The notes under the pieces are model-generated. The model had not been told where the DNA came from, did no database searches, and saw nothing but the letters and a program-made list of their open reading frames with translations. From Hydrurus foetidus (lineage: Eukaryota): a DNA stretch of 46,782 bases. Made by a program: the position numbers and the translations under genes. Position 1 is the stretch's first letter. Every line of letters begins with the position of its first letter. Below, piece after piece: positions 12,258 through 23,969 of this stretch. The stretch spans positions 1 to 46,782 of the forward strand of contig UYFQ01000699.1 of the NCBI GenBank assembly GCA_900617105.1, read 5' to 3'.

Positions 12258-14172
12258 AGCGCACCTCACTTCCACCTCCCATATCAACCACCACCTACGA
12301 CCCTATACCCACCTCCCTTTCCTGACTCCTTCCCTACACATCACATCACATCACATTGAACCCTTCTCTTTCCCAGCATTATCATCAACGATGTGGAATC
12401 GATGTAATTTTCTATCACGATCACAATCGAAACAAGTGTCACGATCTGAAAAAGAATCAGGACAAGAACCACAATCACAATCACAATCGGAACAAAAATC
12501 ACAGTCACAATCACAATCGGAACAAAAATCACAGTCACAATCACAATCGGAACAAAAATCACAGTCACAATCACAATCGGAACAAGAATCACAATCACAA
12601 TCGGAACAAGAATCACAATCACAATCACAATCGGAACAAAAATCACAGTCACAATCACAATCGGAACAAAAATCACAATCACAATCACAATCGGAACAAG
12701 AATCACAATCACAATCACAATCGGAACAAGAATCACAATCACAATCACAATCGGAACAAGAATCACAATCACAATCACAATCGGAACAAGAATCACAATC
12801 ACAATCACAATCGGAACAAGAATCACAATCACAATCACAATCGGAACAAGAATCACAATCACAATCGGAACAAGAATCGCAATCACGATCGGAACAAAAA
12901 CCGAAATATCATATGCAATCGGACGATTTCGAATATCAGTATCAACACACAGCAGACTTCGCTCAAGAGTTATCACCATATACTGCAATGCGCTCTGCTG
13001 GTAGACCGGTTCCTCGCATAGAATATCATAGCAGCAGCAGTGCAAGGAAGGCAAGCAAGAGAGTTGCACGGAGTGAATTAAACAGTGAAGAGGCAGAGGA
13101 AGGGGCGTGTACACGTCCAACCCAATACCTCGATGACTGGGAGAATGAAAGTAATACAGAAGGAATGGGGAGCAACAAGGATCAAGGAAGTTCTGATAAA
13201 TACGATACAATTGAATCACCTCGAAAAAACATAAATAGTGGTTACGATCACGATCGACGCACACACGCACACTCTCACATACAATCGACATACATTACAC
13301 CCTCCCCACTCTCCACTACATCTCGACAAGCCACCTTCTTGAATCGCATACCTCTCAACCCCTTCTTGCCCATCAAAGCCAAACTCGATTTCTCTACTGT
13401 TGAAGGAAACACCTTCGACAACAGAAGAGAAATACATCAAAACAAAAGTGAAGAGGAAAAGGAAAAGGAAGACAACGTAACTGAGAAAAACCCGTATGTG
13501 GATAGAAATAAAAATATAGACCGCGCAAAATTTCAATCTCAACCTCAATCTTTTCCCAGAACGAATTATCTTAGTCACAGGCATGGTACTGACCAATGTT
13601 CTGGAATTAATTACGGTCCAAGTTCTGGAATTAGTACTGGTGATGATACGAAACCGGTGCGGCCGAAGAATCCATTTTTAGGTATTTTTCATTTCGTTTA
13701 AGACCGTTCCTTATTCCTTACGGCACGAGTTCAGGGTCTGGGATTTCGTAAAATCACCCTATGGGGCGGAAAATACGTGAATTCTTCCAGAACTCAAAAA
13801 CTCAGAACTCGAGTTCTGGAAAAACAGGGCCATTTTTCCAGAACTCGAGTTCTGAGTTTAAGTTCTGGGAATTTTCAAATTCCAAGAACCCAGAACTGAT
13901 GCCGTAAGGAACGGTCTAAGTTTATCCTGTTCTGTTCGATATTGTGTGACGTAATCTTTCAACCACAGCTACGCATCATCTTCTCTTCTCAAATAGACTC
14001 AGTTAATTTTATCTCCTATTGCGCCGTTCCCTCTATCCACTCCCCTCTTCGACTCTTTCTTCACTCGACTCTATTTTTAATCCCACATTTCTTTCTTTTC
14101 TTTTCTTTCTTTTTCTCTCTATTCTTTTCTTCTCCCTTAGTCATTACACACAAGACTCCAGAAGGACTTTAG
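8796..14172 (+). CDS. Multi-exon six-TM membrane protein of unknown function with a long disordered SQ-repeat C-terminal tail
   Basis: Phase-consistent GT-AG exons: 8796-9046, 9119-9313, 9457-9642, 9841-9892, 10196-10401, 10641-10690, 11443-11814, 12377-13681, 14141-14172. There are six hydrophobic segments, including the motifs FFVLGSLFLV and LFTMGSMYYVAGSYP (YrhK-like from memory). The last two exons are less certain. Confidence 0.72.
12467..12900 (+). repeat. Coding minisatellite, 15 units of 30 or 24 bp, encoding (E/K)SQSQSQSEQ
   Basis: TCGGAACAA recurs 15 times from 12487 to 12889, separated by (ATCACA)n hexamers. Confidence 0.95.
13702..13916. mobile_element. Tourist-like (PIF/Harbinger-type) MITE, 215 bp, with TAA TSD, intronic
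   Basis: GACCGTTCCTTA[TTCCTTA]CGGCA...TGCCGTAAGGAACGGTC. TAA is at 13699-13701 and 13917-13919. AGAACTC/GAGTTCT motifs are repeated internally. Confidence 0.85.
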
Positions 14173-15123
14173 GCCGCCCCTATCCCCCGCCCCCCTCCCT
14201 ATCACACACACACACAATTTTCACATTTTCATTATCGCCCTTTTCTTATCCGCTATTCATCAATTATGCTGTCGTTATCATACTCTATCCGGGGTGCTTG
14301 ACGACATAATTACCTTGTTTATATTTGCTGCACTGGATGGCACCATTCTTGCATTGGTGACTGGTAGGAAATATCTATGTAGGGGGACAGGCCGACTCAT
14401 GTCAAATCATCTCATTTCATATCTTTGACTCGTATGAAGGAAGGGCAGTATATACCGCCTGCTCACGACATATCCTGCCATATACAGTCAGTTTCATTTC
14501 ATGGTTTTTTATTTTAGGATTTTTCTTACATCAAATTAAAACCCTTCCATTTTTCTCCTCTAATTGTTGTAACAAGTGTCCATTTTGCTTGCCACTTTTT
14601 CTTGTTCGGAGTGAATTGAGATCAAATGAAGTGTGTGCGACTGAGAGCAAAGTTGGTTGTCGAGTTAGTGCTTCATGACATCCTTTGGTCTCAATTTCCA
14701 GATTTAAAAACATAGTTTCGTAGTGCCTAATAGTGCTTCCTAAGTCAGCAAAATTGGTATTATTGGAGTCTCTTTTTCGGAAATGTATTTTAATTGTTAC
14801 TGTAAGCTAAGGATAGATTTAACAGTGACCGAAACAAATTTCAGAACACAACTCAAAACTACAGTATTCGATAACCGACTAATGTATCGTACTATATGCT
14901 GTACTTCGTACTTACTGTACATCTCTACCGTACAGAAGATGTCAGACGTTGGACGGAACACGGATTGTCGAATCACCGTTACGAGAGATTTCGAATTGAG
15001 TTGAGTTTCTGGCTTCATACATAACCAAGAAGCTTCTCGTCGGCAGGAACTTCATCGTAGAATCCAGAAGATCACTACCTCCTTCCTTTTTTTAGGAGTC
15101 CTGAACTCGGAGAGCAGAGAATT

Positions 15124-16428
15124 ATGAAGAAGAGCACAGGTCAGCTCAGCCATTCATCCGCACATGACCTAATAATGACTGCAGTAATTTCGACGACAGA
15201 ACCGCGGCGGTTGCTGAATTTTCTTGTCCGTTCATCCAACAATCTTAACAGATCATGCCAACCCATTCGCTGAGGTAGGACAGGTTCCCGCGAGGAGCGG
15301 GAGCCGCAGGATAGCAGGGTCAGAAATATTCGGGAGCGAGACTACTGGGAGCGAGGCTGCAGATATGAATTTCCCGCAACCCAGAACACCTGTAGTCTCT
15401 GATCGTCTGACTGAAGTCAAAAACAGTCCACCGAATCCCTTCGCTGGAAAAGTTACAGCCAAAGCACCTGCATTGCATACGAGCAATTTTGTTCTCGCGT
15501 CTACGCCAGTTTCTCCGCTCCCTAACAGTAACGACCCCAACCCCTTTCCGGAGCGTAGTGAGTCACCTTATACTAGTACATCTGGCGAAGAATCAATTGA
15601 GAACTTCTATCCTGATTCCTCCGAGAGAGTCGTGCCAATTCCTAAAACGTCAACTCAACCAATATCAAACTCGTCTTCTCCAAAGATGAGTCATAAATCG
15701 ATTGCAAACGCTACCAATGCCGGCACCGTAAGACCGCTCTCTGGAAGCAACTATATGTCAGTCCCGGAAGTACCCCTTGAGAATTTATATCCTGACTCGC
15801 GTGAAAGGGTCGTCCCAATTCCTAAGGTGTCACCACAACCGAAGTCCAGGAACGTGCCTGCTTCCTCCTCTCCGCTATCGATTTCTCCACCAAGATCTCG
15901 CGCAAACGATGAAATGGAGAAGGAACTCGCGGAAAGTAGACGCAAAATAGCCGAATTCGAGAAAAGGGAGAAGTTATTGCTTGATCAGCAGACAGCAAGG
16001 GAGGCACAGCTGGAGCAAGAGAGACTGCAGTTACAGCAAGAACAATTTCAACTACAACGGGAACGAGAAGCAATTCAACAACAACAACAACAACAACAAC
16101 CTGTGAGACAGCCAGTCAGTGCATCGAGTAACAATCAATTCGATCCATTCGCAGCACCTGTACAACAACAACAGCAACCTGCGAGACAGCCAGTGAGTGC
16201 ATCGAGTGGTAATCAGTTCGATCCATTCGCAGCACCAGCACCAGTACAACAACAACAGCAGCAGCAACAACAACAAACTGCGAGACAGCAAGTGAGTGCA
16301 TCGAGTGGCAATCAATTCGATCCATTCGCAGCACCAGTGCAACAACAACAACAACAGCAACAGCAACCTGCGAGACAGCCAGTCAGTGCATCGAGTGGCA
16401 ATCAATTCGATCCATTCGCAGCACCAGT

Positions 16429-16473
<45 letters not shown>

Positions 16474-18174
16474 GCAACCTGCGAGACAGCTAGTCAGTGT
16501 ATTGAGTGGTAATCAGTTCGATCCATTTGCAGCACCAGTACAACAACAACAGCAGATGAGAAGTCAGGTTTCTGATGTTCCAAAGGCAGCAGCTCCTTAC
16601 AGTCCATTTGAAGAGGAGGACGACCCCTTCGCAGTGGTATACAAGCCACAAGTTGTCTCTCACTCCAACACCTCCATTCCTCAAGTAGACCCAAAACTCA
16701 CCTTTAAAGATGTTCTCGATCCTTTCGCAGCCAACACTGAAAGACTTGATGTCAGCAAGCCAATCTCAACTTCTGTCCCTAATCAGTTAACTCAAGAATC
16801 GTACTCTGATCCCTTTGCCGCCCCAAGTGTACCATCCGAACCTTTCCTTCACGGTACTCGTGACGAGTCTCCATTGAGAATATCAGACAACGATGAAGAA
16901 GGAGAATACGTCAAAGTGACGATACCTGTGTCGCAGATTCAGCAACAGTCTCCATATTTCGAACAACACAATAAATCTGAAACTTCAGCCCCAGCACCGT
17001 ATGATCCATTTGCAACTCATACCCCAGTATCTAATAATGCAAGTTTCTCTTTTCATGGGCCACAACAACAGCAGCAGCAGCAGCACAGTTTTCCCACTCA
17101 TATTGCTCCTGTGCAATCTCCTAAACAACATGATGCTTTCGGAGCATCGTTTGGAAATTTCGGAAATAGCTGGGGACAAGAATCGCCTAGTAATAATCAA
17201 TTTGGACAGTCACATGTCTCTACTTCAAATCAAGCAGCATCGATTGTACCGAAGGTGACATACGATGATCAATTGGATCAAAGGGAATATGTGCATGTCA
17301 ATTTGCCAACTGAGTCTAGTCCAGTATCCCCCAACCACACACCTGTCTCTGACCCCTTTGTACAAGAAATAGTAGAGAATGCGCATCAATTGAAAGGACT
17401 TGTTGAAGAGGAACGAGAAGGAAATCAGAGGGAAGAAGAGCAAGTAGATGATGCCTTTGCGTCATTCTCAAGTGGCGGTCTTGTGCGCTCCATCCCTACT
17501 GTCGCTCATGTACAGCACACGGACTGTCATAGCATTGACAGCACAGGCAACCTTACAAAAGGAGAAATATTTTCCGCTCCCCATCCGCACTCAGCTAGTA
17601 ATCAGCATCAGCAAGTAGGGTCACATTCTCTCAGGCAGTCCTATCCGACATCCTCCTTTGATGCCTTCTCATCCGGCCCACCGAAACAGCAGATCGATAC
17701 TTTTCATAGCAACATCGCTCCTGCTGCACAACCATCTTTTGATGCATTTTCCTGGGCACCCAAAGCAACTCTCCCTGTCTCAATTCCCAAGGAATCTACC
17801 AGAGAAATATCTCCACCACATCCTAACGTTATGACACCAACAGAAACTGCCCCCGTGAGTCTTCAACAGCAAGGCAATCCTTCCGCCCATCCCACTGCCA
17901 TCTCCTCTGGTGCATCCAAGTTACAGGATCCTGACCCATTCAGTGCGACGAACTTTGTCTTCTCGATGCCAGCACAACCACAACATACATTTGATTCATT
18001 CGCTGCGCCAATGCAACAGCAACAGCAACAACAACCTGCGAGACAGCCAGTCAGTGCATCGAGTAACAATCAGTTCGATCCATTCGCAGCACCAGCACCA
18101 GTACAACAACAACAGCAGCAACAGCCAGTCAGTGCATCGAGTAACAATCAGTTCGATCCATTCGCAGCACCAGT

Positions 18175-18205
<31 letters not shown>

Positions 18206-19181
18206 CCTGCGAGACAGCCAGTCAGTGCATCGAGTAACAATCAATTCGATTCATTCGCAGCACCAGTACAACAACAACAACAACAACAACAACCTGCGAG
18301 ACAGCCAGTGAGTGCATCGAGTGGTAATCAGTTCGATCCATTCGCAGCACCAGTACAACCACAACAACAACAACAGCAACAACAACAACAGACTCAACAG
18401 CCAGTGAGTGCATCGAGTGGTAATCAGTTCGATCCATTCGCAGCACCAGTACAACAACAACAACAACAACAACAACCTGCGAGACAGCCAGTCAGTGTAT
18501 CGAGTGGTAATCAGTTCGATCCATTCGCAGCACCAGTACAACAACAACAACAACAGCAGCAACAACCTGCGAGACAGTCAGTCAGTGCATCGAGTGGTAA
18601 TCAATTCGATCCATTCGCAGCACCAGCACCAGTACAACAACAACAACAACAGCAACCTGCGAGACAGCCAGTGAGTGCATCGAGTGGCAATCAATTCGAT
18701 CCATTCGCAGCACCAGCACCAGTACAACAACAACAGCAACCTGCGAGACAGCCAGTCAGTGTATCGAGTGGTAATCAATTCGATCCATTCGCAGCACCAG
18801 CACCAGTACAACAACAACAGCAACAACAACAACAGCAACAACCTGTGGGACTGCCAGTCAGTGCATCGAGTAACAATCAGTTCGATCCATTCGCAGCACC
18901 AGTGCAACAACAACAACAACAACAACCTGCGAGACAGCCAGTCAGTGCATCGAGTAACAATCAATTCGATCCATTCGCAGCACCAGCACCAGTACAACAA
19001 CAGCAGCAACAACAACCTGCGAGACAGCCAGTGAGTGTATCGAGTGGTAATCAATTCGATCCATTCGCAGCACAAGTACAACAACAGCAACAACAACAGC
19101 AACAACAGACTCAACAGCCAGTGAGTGCATCGAGTAACAATCAATTCGATCCATTCTCAGCACCAGTACAACAACAACAGC

Positions 19182-19216
<35 letters not shown>

Positions 19217-19455
19217 CCTGCGAGACAGCCAGTGAGTGCATCGAGTGGTAATCAGTTCGATCCATTCGCAGCACCAGCACAACAACAACAACAACAACAA
19301 CAACAACCTGCGAGACAGCCAGTCAGTGCATCGAGTAACAATCAGTTCGATCCATTCGCAGCACCAGTACAACAACAACAACAACAACAACAACCTGCGA
19401 GACAGCCAGTCAGTGCATCGAGTGGCAATCAGTTCGATCCATTCGCAGCACCAGT

Positions 19456-19489
<34 letters not shown>

Positions 19490-22400
19490 CCTGCGAGACA
19501 GCCAGTGAGTGCATCGAGTGGTAATCAGTTCGATCCATTCGCAACACCAGTACAACAACAACAACAACAGCAACAACAACAACAACAACAACAACAACAA
19601 CCTGCGAGACAGCCAGTCAGTGCATCGAGTGGTAATCAGTTCGATCCATTCGCAGCACCAGTACAACAACAACAGCAACAGCAACAACAACAACAACAAC
19701 AACCTGCGAGACAGCCAGTCAGTGCATCGAGTGGCAATCAGTTCGATCGATTCGCAGCACCAGTACAACAACAACAACAACCTGCGAGACAGCCAGTGAG
19801 TGCATCGAGTGGTAATCAATTCGACCCATTTGGAGCTCCTGAACAACAGCAACTGTCATTTGACTCTTTTGCAACACCAGTACAACAACAGCAATCATTC
19901 GCTCCAAACTCGTTTGCACCAGCATCTGTCATTAAAGAGGACGATTACATGGATATATTCGGTTCTAAACCCGCACCACCATCAGACAGTAGTGGCAGTC
20001 GAGGAGGAATGTCTTCTTGGTTTCAAACCTCTAAATCTCCCTCACAGCAGCAAAGAGATCCATTTGCAGCAGATGATGCGAACAATGCGTATGACTCCTT
20101 TACTTCTTCCGGATTCTCCCCACAGGCAAAACAGAATGTGAAAACTGAGGTCAATTTTAGTGGGAACTCAGGCAGTAGTGCGGCTAATTATGATGATGAT
20201 GACGATGACACCAACGATCCATTCAGCGCTAACTACGGCAAAGCTCCACGCGCTAAGACAAACGATGTTCCGAGGGATAGAAGTGAGTCTGAGACTGTTA
20301 TGGAGAATTTCAGACGTATGTACGACCTACCAGCCAATGCTGACAAAGATAGGAACAACAGTGTGGATAGCTCGGGTGTTTCTAGTGGTAAAGAGGACTA
20401 CAGATATCGCGGAGCAGAGTTGAGACCATCAGGTACGCCACCCCTTGCCCTCTTCTCCTCTTCCCTCTCCTTCCTTCCCTTCTTCTCTTCCATGGTTGAT
20501 ACTATTTTATAACAGTGCAGCATCATAATCTTATCATCCCCTACCAACTAATTTGCTTTCAAACTTTCTGACTGACTTTCTATCTGACTGTCTACCTGAC
20601 AGACTGTTTACCTGTCTGTCTCGCACTACACATATTAATCCATCCATTTGTCTGTCTCTTTGTCCATTTCTCTGTCTGTCTAATTATCTCTTTGTCTGTC
20701 CATGTCATCACTCCTCTTTACTTGATGACGTACTTTACTCTTTGCCGTATGTTCTAACCTATTCGATTATCTGTTTTTTTCTCCACATCATCCTCAGCGC
20801 AACCATCTCGGATGAACAAAAACTCCGCGCCATTCGCCAGTTCAAGCAATAATAGTGGAAGCAATTATAATCAACACAGCTCAGAAAATGCTGATGATGA
20901 GGAGGGGTCAGTGTTTGATGGATCATTGGAAGGATTTATTATGGCACGCATATCCACTATGTAAGAGCGTGGAAAGATGCATCTTGTTATGACTGCATTT
21001 CTTTGAATGTATAGAATCTGCATACTGCTCTGTACTGTATCACATGCTATCATCTGGAGGAGATTTATCTTCATATAGGTGTTGCAATGCGTTATTTCTT
21101 CACATTCGATTATTCAATGCTAAACATTTTACTCATTCTTCACTGCTCACCATGATGGCACTGGTTGACTTGTCAACTTGACCACCTCACCGCGCTGTGC
21201 CTTAATCTAGCGCAGTCTAAACACCAGTATTGAAATTGAAATACCACCAATCCTGTCTCGCAACATTCTAAATCAAATTTAATGCTGCAGATTTTTCATT
21301 AGAATTTCCAACAATTTTGTTGCTGCGTGTTTTGCTCTTTCAATCGATACTTTAGACAAAAAGTTTTATCAGTCGAATTTCGTTCCATTACAATCGCACT
21401 TACTTACATCCATTTTATTTTATTATTCAGGGCACTGTTTACCAAGGATTGGAATGAGATGTTTTACGTTTTCCAAGACGGTCATCTCCTACTTTTCAAA
21501 AGCAGGTAAGCCGTAATTCGATACGACACAGTACAGTACAGCACAATGCAGCACAACGCAACATAGTACAATACGACCTATTACAAGACAGTACAATTGA
21601 TAGTATACCTCCACCGCAGCACTGCGCGAAGCATGCATAGCTCTCCTCAGATATCGCAATTCGTTCACCACACCATTTTCAACCTCAACAATGCCTTATC
21701 TATATTTAACCATTCCTCCCCCTCCCCTCCCTCCCTCCCTCCCCCCAAACGCACTCACAAACACACACACTTACGGTCACACATACACATATACAGAACT
21801 GATTACCAGTACAACCCCAGAGGGAGTACGGGATCAGTCAAGAAGAAGATCTTGATAACACACAACTTAAGGTTGCTCAAGATAAAAACAAAAGACTACG
21901 GCAAGGGACAGACATTGCACAACTTCATGCTTGAAGAGGTAATCTCCTTTTTAATCTTAATTTTCATTTCATGTTGATGTTGGTTGCACAGCTAATGCCG
22001 ATATTGTGTGGTCATGTTAGTGGGGTGTGAAATATTGTTTTTGATATGTGCTATCCATCACTGGTTTGATGACTGCAAAACTTCCTCTTTCTTTCTTTCC
22101 TTGCGTTATCATCCCTAGTATAGTATATCATGTCGCAGATTCCCACTCGTCTGAGTCCAGCATCGTTACACCATATCACACCTCTGCTTCTCCTATCATG
22201 TATCATACATTGTATCCTGCAATAAGCACTTCACGTCGATCTTCTCACCGTTAAGTAAGCGTTTTGTTTACAACTCACTTCACCCTGCTCGCAATGTCAC
22301 GTCTGATCCTTCTATTTTCCTCATATAAAAAGACAACACTGTAGTATGAAAAGTATCGTTTGTACAAGTATATACCGCCGTGCATGTGGATAGTGGATGT

Positions 22401-22655
22401 GTGCTCTACAATACTCAATATAATCTTCTAATCTTGATTGTAATCCTCACCCAACTCTCCTTATATTCCTTCTTTTGTTCCTTTTTTTCTTCTTTCTTTC
22501 TTCTTTTTTTCCTCTATTTCTATTTCTTCAAAAAGGTTCTCGACTATGGACCTGCCAATGTCGCGAAATTCGGAGGGACTAATAAGGCTGCCGTTGAATT
22601 ATTCTTTAATCAGCTTAAACAACAAATTCTAATTAGGCGACAGCAGGTGAGATAA
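15124..22655 (+). CDS. DPF/NPF-motif-rich endocytic adaptor-like protein with a C-terminal PH-fold, stonin-homology-like domain
   Basis: Exons 15124-15139, 15252-20432, 20798-20960, 21431-21505, 21797-21938 and 22536-22655 splice in frame at GT-AG sites, starting MKKSTDHANPF. There are about 30 DPF and 3 NPF motifs and a short coiled coil (EMEKELAESRRK...). The C-terminal domain reads GFIMARISTMALFTKDWNEMFYVFQDGHLLLFKSR...KFGGTNKAAVELFFNQLKQQI. Confidence 0.85.
16075..16555 (+). repeat. Coding repeat block 1: five polyQ-PARQPVSASSxNQFDPFAAPV units
   Basis: A conserved core of about 60 bp alternates with variable (CAA/CAG)n tracts. Confidence 0.95.
18013..19850 (+). repeat. Coding repeat block 2: twenty polyQ-PARQPVSASSxNQFDPFAAPV units
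   Basis: Same core as block 1. Eighteen units keep DPF, one has DSF and one has DRF. The spacers are whole-codon CAA/CAG runs. Confidence 0.95.
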
Positions 22656-23969
22656 AATCGAAATTGTTTACGGTTTGTACACGAGATTGCAGATAGCTCT
22701 GTTTTGACAAGATTTGAATTGTGTTTGTGGTGTAGTAAAGCTGTCATATGAAATATTGAAATTGATGATAATGCGTGAGTGACTGAGAGCTGGTTAGAAG
22801 GAGGGAGTGTTGATTGCTGTATAGCACCACTGTAGAGAATGAAATTCGATCATGTGAAAAGACCACACTTCTCACTACGTAGCATGATGTAGCAATCACT
22901 CTACTGCACAAACCTTTCCTCAGTCATCTCACTCTCCTATCTTCTCTTTTCATCTCTCCACTTCACATTTATTGTAGGTCGGCGCGGTAAAGCATATTTG
23001 AACAAATCTGATGGCCTAGTTTGCGACTCTTCAATCTCAGAATTTCCTGCCATCTGTATTGCTAAAATTATTTGATCGCATGTCAGTTCAATGAACAATT
23101 TTTCGTCTTTATTTGTAATTTGAATAAGCGGCTTCAATATTTAAATCGATTTAAATTGATTGTATCTCGATGCATTTATTGTTTTCTCTAGCGGTTTTGA
23201 GTAATTTGTAATTTATCTAATTTGCACCAGCGCTATCAACAAAAAACAGAATCAATCAATGTGCTAGATAAGCGCTGGCCTTCGAAAGAGGTTGCCCTTG
23301 GAGAAAGTTCATATAAACCGATAACCTTGAAAAAACCCCACCCCCTACCCCAACCTACCGTATTTAACAGAAAACGAAAATGTGCAGAGGATGTTGAATG
23401 CAGAACTGTTTGAACGGAGAAAGATGCTTCTTTTCGATTATATTCGATTTTGCGATATCTGGCTCCATTACAATCCAAGACACGTGTTCTACTGCTGATC
23501 TGATCCGCTTTAATATTTACGGTAATGCTGGCCCCTCCCCTACAAATGACAATCCACACACACTGACTGTACTCTACTTTTCCGGTCTTCAGTACTGTGC
23601 AGTTAGTGTGTGTGGATTGTCGCTTATGAGGATGGGTCCAGTATTACCGCAAGGATGAAAGTGGATCAGCAACAAAACATGTGCTTTGAGTTAAGGCAAG
23701 CCAGCAAAGCGACAAAATCTCTATCGCGCGAATAACCTCACAAGAGAAGCAAGGTCCCTTCTGCAGAACTATTTCGTGTCTGTAAAGAATCTATAAATTT
23801 AATTTAACGAGTGCAACAAACGTATATGTACTGTGCGATCGTGACATAAACATTGAATACAAAGTGACATTTTCCTTCCTTTACTAACATCTACTTGACT
23901 GAAATTAAATTTTTGAAAGCAACTACAAATAAAAACACAAAATTTGTATCTAATAAAATGAATCGGCAC

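Noticed and set aside
11920..12376. Hydrophobic N-terminus of the 593-aa ORF
   Set aside because: It is a translated pyrimidine-rich intron ending in an acceptor at 12376.
12341..13291. Antisense IVIV ORF and alternate-frame HN-repeat ORF
   Set aside because: These are by-products of a stop-free hexamer repeat. Only the SQ frame is splice-compatible and continues to 13681.
16075..19850. CRISPR-like repeat-spacer pattern
   Set aside because: The spacers are polyQ codon runs within a continuous ORF, and there are no cas genes.
20433..20512. Hydrophobic C-terminus of the 1762-aa ORF
   Set aside because: It is read-through into an intron after the donor at 20433.
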